A stretch of 57,281 nucleotides of DNA from Minisyncoccota bacterium (GTDB lineage Bacteria > Patescibacteriota > Minisyncoccia > Minisyncoccales > JAQTVQ01), in assembly GCA_041652155.1 (NCBI GenBank), contig JBAZHV010000001.1, positions 1 through 57,281 on the forward strand. Reading direction: 5' to 3'. The translations under genes and the position numbers were made by a program. The notes under the pieces were generated by a model that worked only from the letters and a program-made list of their open reading frames with translations, did not search any database and had not been told where the DNA came from. Below are positions 8,429 through 15,957 of the stretch, one piece after another (within the stretch, counting starts at the first letter, position 1; each line of letters starts with the position of its first letter).

Positions 8429-8554
8429 AAAGTGTAAAGCGAAAAACTAAAAATAACAGTTTAAAGCTTAAACTTGCTTGTTTTCTCCCGGTAATCGGCA
8501 GAAAGATCATTTTAAATTTTACGCTGTTATTTTTAGTTTTTCGCTTTGCGTTTT
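8429..8554. repeat. 31-bp inverted repeat with a 64-nt loop immediately after the ANTAR gene stop
   Basis: 8429-8459 pairs with 8524-8554 (core CGAAAAACTAAAAATAACAG / CTGTTATTTTTAGTTTTTCG). The three non-Watson-Crick positions are G-U on the plus-strand RNA and A-C on the minus. Confidence 0.6.
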
Positions 8555-9266
8555 ACACTCTCTTGAAGTCGCTCGAAATTATTACTGCGCTGGCGACTTC
8601 TTTGATGGATATTCTTTTGTCCATGCTTTTTTTATGCAAAAGCTTGTGGGCTTCTTCTTCGGAAATGTTAAGGTCTTTCATTAAAATGCCCTTGGCTTTC
8701 TCGATCAGTTTGCGGGTTTCCAAAGCTTCTTTTAAAGCTTCTTTCTCGCTGAAAAGCATGGCGTTTTCGATGGCTCCGCCGGTTGCCTGGGCGACAAGTT
8801 CGAACAGGGCTATTTCCGTCTCCGAATATTTGCGCGGCTTTGAATGCTGGACGTTTATCACGCCCAGAACTTTATCGCGATAGATGATCGGAACGGAAAG
8901 GATTCCTTCGAATTTGTCTTCGGGCAAACTGTTAAAAAATTTAAAGCGTTCGTCCTCGTAGGCTTTTTTGGCGATTGCTACGGTTTTTTGTTTTCGGGCC
9001 ACCCAGCCCGTGATCCCTTCGCCGATCTTCATTTTGATGGCACCGATCTCCAGCGGTTTGGGGTTTAAAGAAGCTCTCAAGGTAAGATCTTCGCCGTCGG
9101 TCAAGTATAAAAAGCAAGAATCCGCTTTTGTCACAGAGCTGACTGTTTTTACTATGCGGCTCAATACTTCTTTCAGATCAAGATTATAACTGATGGTCTG
9201 GATTATCTGGCGCAGAAGATCAAGTTCGTTCTCTTTTTTCAATTTGCCGTTTTTCTTTTTTTCCAT
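8553..9266 (-). CDS. GAF-ANTAR RNA-binding antitermination regulator
   Basis: N-terminal GAF (DSCFLYL...GEGITGWVA...LSVPII...LGVINV) and C-terminal ANTAR (ETRKLIEKAKGILMKDLNISEEEAHKLLHKKSMDKRISIKEVA). Confidence 0.85.
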   Translation of the reverse strand: MEKKKNGKLKKENELDLLRQIIQTISYNLDLKEVLSRIVKTVSSVTKADSCFLYLTDGEDLTLRASLNPKPLEIGAIKMKIGEGITGWVARKQKTVAIAKKAYEDERFKFFNSLPEDKFEGILSVPIIYRDKVLGVINVQHSKPRKYSETEIALFELVAQATGGAIENAMLFSEKEALKEALETRKLIEKAKGILMKDLNISEEEAHKLLHKKSMDKRISIKEVASAVIISSDFKRV

Positions 9267-9326
9267 ATTTTTTGAAAGTTATTATTCCTAAATTTTAAGC
9301 CGATCGCAGGCAATAAGCTGCAAATG

Positions 9327-9971
9327 TTATTTGATCGGAAGTTGGGGATCTTTCCCGGACATTATATCCGCCACCAAATATCCTACGCCGAAAGGATATT
9401 CGTAAGAAAGAATTTCCGGCCGGTATTCGATCTTGGCGGCGGCAAGCGCTCCCAAAAGGAAAGAGAAAGAGCGCAGTCCGCATTCGCCGGCGTCAGGATA
9501 TGTATCGTTAAGCTGTAAAATTTTGTCGGTTTCTTTTTTGGCCAAAAATTCCCGCAGGTCTTTATCGAACATCGGGCCTTCCGGGTGGAAACCGTAAGGG
9601 CCTTCTTCTTTCAAACGGTGGGAAGTGTCTCCCGAAGCTATCAGAGCGACTTTTTTGAATTCCGATTCAAGATGGTCTTCGGCATATATCCGCTGGCCTT
9701 CTTGAAAATGAATTTTGGGAGATTCCGTCCCTGTCAAATATGTTTTTATCGGCCCTTGAAAATTGGAAGCTAAAAAATGAAGAGGAACGTTGAATCCCCA
9801 GTCGGCGTGGGGAGAAGAAATGATTATAAGGTCCGGCCTTATCTCCTTAATTTTTTGCCCCAATTTTTCCAGCGCTTCGATCGTGCTCTTCAATAAAGCG
9901 CGATCCGCCTCGGAACCGACCGAAGGCAGCAATATCGGAGGGTGAGGGGAAAAGCAAGCAAAAGTTATCAT
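9327..9971 (-). CDS. class III extradiol-dioxygenase-fold (LigB/Memo-like) protein, AmmeMemoRadiSam partner type
   Basis: N-terminal FACFSPHPPILLP, IIISSPH and SGDTSHRL are motifs of the LigB/Memo fold. This domain is often fused or adjacent to AMMECR1. Confidence 0.55.
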   Translation of the reverse strand: MITFACFSPHPPILLPSVGSEADRALLKSTIEALEKLGQKIKEIRPDLIIISSPHADWGFNVPLHFLASNFQGPIKTYLTGTESPKIHFQEGQRIYAEDHLESEFKKVALIASGDTSHRLKEEGPYGFHPEGPMFDKDLREFLAKKETDKILQLNDTYPDAGECGLRSFSFLLGALAAAKIEYRPEILSYEYPFGVGYLVADIMSGKDPQLPIK

Positions 9972-10125
9972 ATTGTGATTTTATGATAAAAGACCGAAAA
10001 AGTATAGATTCCCGATCTGTAACAAATTCATCAGTTTTACGTCATAGATTGTAAGAGAAATATGTTGTCGAATATATCCCACAATCCAATCGCCGCTATG
10101 GTTCTCGGTTGCGCCACTAAACATG

Positions 10126-10222
10126 ATGGCCGGATTTGGGATTTATTTAAAAAAATTAGCTTATAGATAAGATCAAAAGTTAGATAAAAATTCCAAATCC
10201 GGCCATAAGAGGCCGGTTTTTT
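10126..10222 (+). promoter_or_regulatory. orphan long hairpin overlapping an intrinsic terminator (candidate attenuator or sRNA 3-prime end)
   Basis: 15-bp stem 10126-10140/10192-10206 (ATGGCCGGATTTGGG / TCCAAATCCGGCCAT). Terminator CCGGCC ATAAGA GGCCGG TTTTTT (10199-10222) reuses 10199-10204. No plus-strand gene lies upstream. Confidence 0.45.
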
Positions 10223-10331
10223 GTCCTTTTAAAGACTGGAGATCTCGACCGTTAAATGACGATCCAGATCTCTGCTCTTTATCATTTATCAAGAGCGGAA
10301 GTTCTTTGCACAATAAAAGGGAGAGTAAATA

Positions 10332-10439
10332 ATGAAGCCGACTTCTAAAAAAAGATCAAAGTTTTGCTACAGACCGGAGATAAAAAAGCCGAAATGGAGA
10401 GACGCTGAACTGTTAAAAGTTTGGGGGTTGGGGAGGTAA
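10332..10439 (+). CDS. 35-aa basic peptide (first ORF of the mini-operon)
   Basis: SD GGGAGAG lies 7 nt upstream. Sequence MKPTSKKRSKFCYRPEIKKPKWRDAELLKVWGLGR. Its 3-prime end carries the GGGGAGG SD of the next ORF. Below the ORF-track size cutoff. Confidence 0.35.
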   Translation: MKPTSKKRSKFCYRPEIKKPKWRDAELLKVWGLGR

Positions 10440-10444
10440 TTTCA

Positions 10445-10738
10445 ATGGAAGAAGATGAGACAGAAGAAATAGATCTCAGGGAACTGTTTATACGACAGGA
10501 AGCAATGGATTTGAGAGGCGAAGGAATGGACGTCCAGGTTTTTCCGCCAAGGCAGCTTTTGCCGGCCGACGGAATAAAATGGATAGAAATGGAAGTTTCC
10601 GCTAACGGCAACGGCAGGAAAGAAAAAATATTTTTCATAGACCTGATCTTGCCAAACGGAACCGCAACGATAGGCCTGGGCCGGATAAAAGCCCAGCGCC
10701 TGATGAGAGAATTGAAAAGATTTGCCGAAACTTATTAA
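10445..10738 (+). CDS. hypothetical acidic protein, paralog A
   Basis: ATG at 10445 has SD GGGGAGG. Shares PADG(I/L)xW and F-x-IDL...RL/QL..L..F blocks with the next ORF. Confidence 0.6.
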   Translation: MEEDETEEIDLRELFIRQEAMDLRGEGMDVQVFPPRQLLPADGIKWIEMEVSANGNGRKEKIFFIDLILPNGTATIGLGRIKAQRLMRELKRFAETY

Positions 10739-10754
10739 GGAGAGGTGAAAGAAA

Positions 10755-11063
10755 ATGGCAGCATCCGAGAGAAGCGTTCAAGGAAGCATAGGGGATCCGG
10801 AATTGGAAGAAGAGTTGGCTCTAGTAAGGCTATGCCAAGCGAGGAACGGCTACCTCAATGCGCCGGCAGACGGATTAAGCTGGGGCAGGCAGGATTGCAT
10901 TCTCGCTGACGGCAGCGAAGCGGAGCTTTTCCGTATCGATCTTTATATCGATGGATTCGGAGAAACATTTACCGCTCGCATCGACCAATGCAGGGCCAGG
11001 CAGCTTATAAGCGATTTGCAAGAGTTTATAAATGCCGGCGGCAAGGTTGATGGATATGTGTAG
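10755..11063 (+). CDS. hypothetical acidic protein, paralog B
   Basis: SD AAGGAGAGG. PADGLSW...ELFRIDLYIDGFGETFTARIDQCRARQLISDLQEF parallels PADGIKW...KIFFIDLILPNGTATIGLGRIKAQRLMRELKRF. Visibly higher GC than the neighbours. Confidence 0.6.
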   Translation: MAASERSVQGSIGDPELEEELALVRLCQARNGYLNAPADGLSWGRQDCILADGSEAELFRIDLYIDGFGETFTARIDQCRARQLISDLQEFINAGGKVDGYV

Positions 11064-11233
11064 AACGTCTGGGTTTTCCCTCATCCCGGACAGCAGCTCT
11101 TTATGTTGCGGCCATGCCTATCATCAGACAGGCAATAGCCGCAACCGCATACGCCCATCTCGCGAGTTTAAAAACTTGCGGGATGGGGTTTCAATTTTAT
11201 TACAAAATTATCATCTTTAAGGAAACCAAATTT

Positions 11234-12241
11234 ATGAACGGAAGCGGAAAAGAAAGAGTTCTTGCGGGGATGAGGCCTACCGGGTCTCTTCATTTGGGAC
11301 ACTATGTCGGCGCTTTGGAAAATTGGGTCAAACTGCAAGATAAATGCGACTGTCATTTTTTGATTGCCGATTATCAAGCTCTGGGAGATTATGCCCAGGA
11401 CGTGGATAGGATCAGAAAATCTGTAAGGGCGGTAACTTTGGATTGGCTGTCGGTCGGTTTGGACCCGAGAAAGTCCGCATTTTTAATACAAAGCTATATC
11501 CCGGAATATGCCGAACTGGCAATGCTTTTGAGCATGATCACATCGTTGAATTCCGTAGATAAAAATCCGACGTTAAGGTCGGAAATGAAGAGAAGAAAAA
11601 AAGAAATTTCTTTGGGATTCTACAATTATCCTGCCAGCCAGGCCGCGGACATTCTTTTGTCCAAAGCCAGCTTGGTTCCGGCAGGAGAAGATCAGGTTCC
11701 CCATATTGAATTGGCCGGAGAGGTGGCTAAAAGTTTCAATAAAACGTACGGCTATGTTTTCCCCGAGCCCAAAGCGCTGGTAGGCAGAGTGCCAAGGCTT
11801 ATCGGAACGGATGGAAAAACGAAAATGGGAAAAAGCTCGGGGAACTGCATTTATCTGTCAGATGATCCCAAGACGGTAGCAAAAAAAGTTAAAAAGATGG
11901 CTGTTGTAGAGGAAAACGGGGTCTCTTGTTCCTGCCGAGTGGAAAACAGTATTGCTTTTGCCTATTTGAATGCTTTTTGTCCCGATAGAAATGAAATCGA
12001 AAATTTAAAAGATCTTTGCCATCAGGGAAGAGCAGGGAACGCTGAAGCAAAAGAATTGCTGTTAGTTTCCTTAAATGATTTTCTTGACCCTATCAGGGAA
12101 AGGAGATCTTACTTTGAGTCTCATCCCCAAAAAATTCGGGAAGCTATTATGGAAGGGACTGTCAGAGCCAAAAAAAACGCTCAAGCGGTGCTGGCGGAAA
12201 CGCGCTCGGCGATGAGGATCGCGAATTACGAAAACGTCTGA
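11234..12241 (+). CDS. trpS: tryptophanyl-tRNA synthetase
   Basis: GMRPTGSLHLGHYVGAL (HIGH region) and KMGKSSGN (KMSKS). About 335 aa from the ATG at 11234. Confidence 0.9.
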   Translation: MNGSGKERVLAGMRPTGSLHLGHYVGALENWVKLQDKCDCHFLIADYQALGDYAQDVDRIRKSVRAVTLDWLSVGLDPRKSAFLIQSYIPEYAELAMLLSMITSLNSVDKNPTLRSEMKRRKKEISLGFYNYPASQAADILLSKASLVPAGEDQVPHIELAGEVAKSFNKTYGYVFPEPKALVGRVPRLIGTDGKTKMGKSSGNCIYLSDDPKTVAKKVKKMAVVEENGVSCSCRVENSIAFAYLNAFCPDRNEIENLKDLCHQGRAGNAEAKELLLVSLNDFLDPIRERRSYFESHPQKIREAIMEGTVRAKKNAQAVLAETRSAMRIANYENV

Positions 12242-12266
12242 AAAACCCGGAGATCTTGATCAAAAA

Positions 12267-12297
12267 ATTACCCAGGCCGCAACCTAGGTAATTTTTT
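12267..12297. terminator. bidirectional terminator between trpS and the radical SAM gene
   Basis: Stem ATTACCCAGG / CCTAGGTAAT with one mismatch and loop CCGCAA, flanked by an A-run and a T-run. Confidence 0.7.
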
Positions 12298-12321
12298 ATA
12301 ATATTATTATGCCCGCGTTGA

Positions 12322-13335
12322 TCAATAAACTATCGAAAGTTTTTCTCCGCACTTCGGACAGGCGCCTTTTTTGGCGCAATCTTTAGTGTCGTACCCGACG
12401 CGTTTGATGCAAAGTTCGTTGCACTTCGGACAATAAGTGCTTTCCGAATCGAGCCCGGGGACGTTGCCGATGTAAACATATTTTAATCCGGCTTCTTTGC
12501 CTATATTGTAAGCCATTTGCAATTTCTTGACCGGAGTGTTCGGAAGCTTTTGCAGTTTCCAGGAAATAACGCCGCTGAATTGGCTGACGTGCCAAGGAGT
12601 GTCCTCTCCCAATTCTTTTTTAATGAATTTGGCAAGTTTTTTCAGCATATCCGGAGAATCGCTTTTGGTCGGGATGATCAGGGTCGTGATCTCCAGCCAT
12701 ACTCCGGCTTTTCTCATAAGTTTGGCTGTGCGCAGAACCGGTTCCAAATGAGCGCCGCAATTATTGCGGTAAAATTCTTCGGAGAATCCTTTAATGTCGA
12801 TATTGATGGCGTCTAAATACGGGGTTATGAATTTTGCCGATTCTTCGCTCATAAAACCGTTGGATACCCAAACGTTTTTCAGCTTGGCTTCTCTGGCCAA
12901 TTTCATCGTCTCCATGGCATATTCTAAAAATACCGTCGGTTCGGTATATGTGTAAGAGATCGAAGGAAGGTTGTTTTTTAAGGCGGTTTTGACTATTTCT
13001 TTTGGGGATATCTCTTTACCCGCTATTTCCGGCAACGCTTTGCTGCCTTGGGAGATATCGTAGTTTTGGCAATTCAAGCAGGAAAAATTGCATCCGGCGG
13101 CGGCTACGGATAGAGTGGATGTTCCAGGTAAAAAATGAAACAACGGCTTCTTTTCGATCGGATCAATATTCATAGCAACCGCTTTGCCGTAATTCAACGC
13201 AAAAAGCTTTCCATCTATATTCTCGCGAACGCCGCATATTCCTCTCTTTCCAGGCAGAATGAAGCAGCAATGGGCGCAAGTCTGGCACTGCACATTTTCC
13301 CTCTCAAGCCGTTTATATAAGATAACTTCCTTCAT
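12322..13335 (-). CDS. AmmeMemoRadiSam-type radical SAM enzyme (PFL-activase-like)
   Basis: N-terminal Cys cluster VQCQTCAHCCFILPGKRGICGVREN, radical-SAM GCNFSCLNCQNY, and C-terminal CPKC...CPKC. Confidence 0.85.
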   Translation of the reverse strand: MKEVILYKRLERENVQCQTCAHCCFILPGKRGICGVRENIDGKLFALNYGKAVAMNIDPIEKKPLFHFLPGTSTLSVAAAGCNFSCLNCQNYDISQGSKALPEIAGKEISPKEIVKTALKNNLPSISYTYTEPTVFLEYAMETMKLAREAKLKNVWVSNGFMSEESAKFITPYLDAINIDIKGFSEEFYRNNCGAHLEPVLRTAKLMRKAGVWLEITTLIIPTKSDSPDMLKKLAKFIKKELGEDTPWHVSQFSGVISWKLQKLPNTPVKKLQMAYNIGKEAGLKYVYIGNVPGLDSESTYCPKCNELCIKRVGYDTKDCAKKGACPKCGEKLSIVY

Positions 13336-13460
13336 ACCCGTATCCTAGCACAAAAACCGCCAAAATCCTATTGACAAAAAGAGGTTAATATTTTTTAAGG
13401 TTTAAAATCTCAGCATGTGAGTGTTCCAACCATAAATAATTTATGATAAACTTTCTTTAT

Positions 13461-14078
13461 ATGAACATACACCGACTTTTTATTGCTATAAATATCCCGG
13501 AGAGGATAAAAAACCGTTTTGAGGACTATGAAAACAAGTGGCCGGAATTGCCGGCCAAATGGACAAAACCGGAAAATCTCCACATCACTTTGCTGTTTTT
13601 GGGCAATGTGGCAGAAGGCGATATACCGACGGTTTTAACCGTTGTCAAAGACCTGGCGCGGAAATATCAGCCGTTCTTTTTAAAGCTGAACAAAATATCT
13701 TACGGCCCTCCTAAAAAAATTCCGCCAAGGATGGTTTGGATACTCGCTGAAAAAAATCCCGTTTTGGAGCAATTAAAGAACGAGATCGAAAAAGGATTGG
13801 CCGAAAACAACGTAACTTTTCAGATAGAAGACAGGGGATTCACTCCCCATATCACGTTTGCCAGAATGAATGCCTGGGAATTGCGGGAAATGGAGCAGGA
13901 AGAGGTCCCGCAGATAGACGAGGACATTTCTTATGACTTTGAAGTAAAATCAATGGAAGTGATGGAGTCGGAAATGAAAAAATTCGGAGCGAAATACGAA
14001 GTGCTGGCATCCTGCCGGTTCGGCTCGGAGGGAGAAAAAGAGGCCGGAGAGGAAGGCGAGGATATTGAAGAAGAGTAA
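13461..14078 (+). CDS. thpR: RNA 2',3'-cyclic phosphodiesterase (2H family, ThpR/LigT) with an acidic tail
   Basis: Two H-x-T-x motifs (NLHITLLFLG and TPHITFAR). Start placed at the ATG at 13461. Confidence 0.8.
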   Translation: MNIHRLFIAINIPERIKNRFEDYENKWPELPAKWTKPENLHITLLFLGNVAEGDIPTVLTVVKDLARKYQPFFLKLNKISYGPPKKIPPRMVWILAEKNPVLEQLKNEIEKGLAENNVTFQIEDRGFTPHITFARMNAWELREMEQEEVPQIDEDISYDFEVKSMEVMESEMKKFGAKYEVLASCRFGSEGEKEAGEEGEDIEEE

Positions 14079-14127
14079 CTTTTTAAACTCGGTTCCTGTC
14101 GGAACGGAACGCGAGCAAGCCAATTTT

Positions 14128-15459
14128 ATGAAAATTCATTTTATCGGCATTGGAGGTATCGGGGTCAGCGCGCTGGCCAGACATCATCTCCAAAACGGGG
14201 AGCAGGTGAGCGGTTCTGATCTGTCCGATTCGGAATTGATCTTGGCGCTTAAAAATTCCGGGGTGCAGATAACCGTCGGACCGTCCAGCGCCGATAACCT
14301 TCCCGAAGATATCGATAAAGTTATTTATAGTCCGGCCGTAAAAAAAGGCAATCCGGAGTTTGACGCTGCGATTGCGATGCAGGGTAAAAACCCAAACTTG
14401 GAGATATTAAGCTATCCTCAAGCCTTGGGCCAATTGGTCAGGGACCATTTCACTATCGCCGTTTGCGGCACTCACGGAAAAAGTACCACCACTTCGATGA
14501 TAGGCTTGATGCTTATGGCCGCCGGCTACGACCCGACCATTGTGGTCGGAACGAAATTAAAAGAGCTGGGAAATTCCAACTATCGGAAGGGCGCCAGCAA
14601 ATACCTGGTAATCGAAGCCTGCGAGCACGAAGCTTCTTTTTTGAATTACTGGCCCAAGATCATAGTTTTGACCAATATCGAAGCGGATCACTTGGACTAT
14701 TACAAAAATTTGGAAAATATTTTCAAAAGTTTCAGGGAATTTATAGGGCATCTGCCTTCGGACGGTTTGCTTATCGCGAATGCCGATGACGCGAACACGG
14801 AAAAAGTTTTGGCTTCCCAAAATAACAATTTCAAAATATCTAAATATTCTTTAAGCCAGCCTGAAGCCGAAGAATTGAAAAAAATACTTAAAGTTCCGGG
14901 AGAACATAATATTTCCAACGCTTTATCCGCTTTGAGCGTAGCCAGAGCTATCGGCATCGATGATGCTAAGGCTTTTGAATCTCTTTCGTATTTCAGCGGC
15001 ACTTGGAGGAGGTTTGATATTGAAGAAAAAAAGACGGGAGATAAAAATATAACGCTGATAAGCGATTACGCCCACCATCCCACGGAGATCCGGGCAACGC
15101 TTAAAGCCGGACGGGAAAAATATCCGCAAAAGGATATCGTTTGCGCCTTTCAACCCCATCAATATCAAAGGACTCATTTGCTTTTCGATGATTTTGTCAA
15201 AACATTCCAGGAAGCGCTGGCAAACGGCTGGATAAATAAATTATTGGTCACCGACATTTACGACGTGGCGGGCAGAGAAGATGAGAATATTAAAAAGATG
15301 GTAAGCGCCGAAAAGTTGGTGAATGCCATGGAAAACGATAATGCCGTTTACGCTAAAAAAGAAAATCTGAAAGAAAAAACGATCGCTTCCATAAAAAACG
15401 GTTCCGTTCTGATAATAATGGGGGCGGGAAGTATTTACGGCCTAAAAGATCAACTATGA
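14128..15459 (+). CDS. murC: UDP-N-acetylmuramate--L-alanine ligase
   Basis: MKIHFIGIGGIGVSALA and GTHGKSTTTSM (P-loop) in Mur ligase architecture. Ends in TGA. Confidence 0.9.
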   Translation: MKIHFIGIGGIGVSALARHHLQNGEQVSGSDLSDSELILALKNSGVQITVGPSSADNLPEDIDKVIYSPAVKKGNPEFDAAIAMQGKNPNLEILSYPQALGQLVRDHFTIAVCGTHGKSTTTSMIGLMLMAAGYDPTIVVGTKLKELGNSNYRKGASKYLVIEACEHEASFLNYWPKIIVLTNIEADHLDYYKNLENIFKSFREFIGHLPSDGLLIANADDANTEKVLASQNNNFKISKYSLSQPEAEELKKILKVPGEHNISNALSALSVARAIGIDDAKAFESLSYFSGTWRRFDIEEKKTGDKNITLISDYAHHPTEIRATLKAGREKYPQKDIVCAFQPHQYQRTHLLFDDFVKTFQEALANGWINKLLVTDIYDVAGREDENIKKMVSAEKLVNAMENDNAVYAKKENLKEKTIASIKNGSVLIIMGAGSIYGLKDQL

Positions 15460-15630
15460 ATTGTTTTATCCTTCGCCGGGAGGGTTTTTGTTTTGGGTTT
15501 TCCACAAACGAATTTGCCTCGTCGGGGGCGAGGGCGTAAAATATAATCAATAACTTAAAAATACAATATAGTTTTTCTTTAACTCTGCTTCTCGGAGCGT
15601 TAAAGCGATCCTATTTTGCGCATAGCTAAA

Positions 15631-15774
15631 ATGTCTTTGACAACAGCTGCGATCGTCATTGCGGTAGTTTCCGTAGTAGCCTTGGTCGCTTGGTATATGG
15701 CCAAGAAAGGAGAAAAAACAGAAAAACCGGCCGAAGACAAAGCGTCCAGCGACACGACTCCGAGCCAGCAATAG
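15631..15774 (+). CDS. possible 47-aa membrane-anchored peptide
   Basis: MSLTTAAIVIAVVSVVALVAWYMAKKGEKTEKPAEDKASSDTTPSQQ. One TM helix plus a charged tail. No clear SD. Below the ORF-track cutoff. Confidence 0.3.
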   Translation: MSLTTAAIVIAVVSVVALVAWYMAKKGEKTEKPAEDKASSDTTPSQQ

Positions 15775-15796
15775 ATAAAGCATCCGGCTCAATTTT

Positions 15797-15900
15797 AAAA
15801 CCCCGCTGAATCCGCCAAAATATCCAGCAGATCAAAGCCTATCCCGGGTTTGATGCCGCTAGAAAAAATTTGGGGGCAAATTCAGCGGGGTTTTCATTTT
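15797..15900 (+). terminator. long-range hairpin with a T-tract upstream of valS
   Basis: AAAACCCCGCTGAAT (15797-15811) pairs with ATTCAGCGGGGTTTT (15880-15894) and is followed by TCATTTTT. The 68-nt interior contains ATCAAA...TTTGAT. Confidence 0.4.
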
Positions 15901-15957
15901 TAGCGGATTTATTATATACTTTTTCAAAAGCTTAATTTTAAAGAGGTTTTTTGTTTT

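Noticed and set aside
8419-8883. 154-aa plus-strand ORF overlapping the ANTAR gene and the long inverted repeat
   Set aside because: It starts inside the hairpin element and runs antisense to a well-supported GAF-ANTAR gene. Its composition (L/F/S-rich) is typical of a spurious frame.
11064-11233. Possible T-box leader upstream of trpS (and likewise upstream of valS at 15775-15957)
   Set aside because: No T-box consensus (GGGTGGTACCGCG-like) or specifier-loop architecture could be found. The spacer is also short for a T-box.
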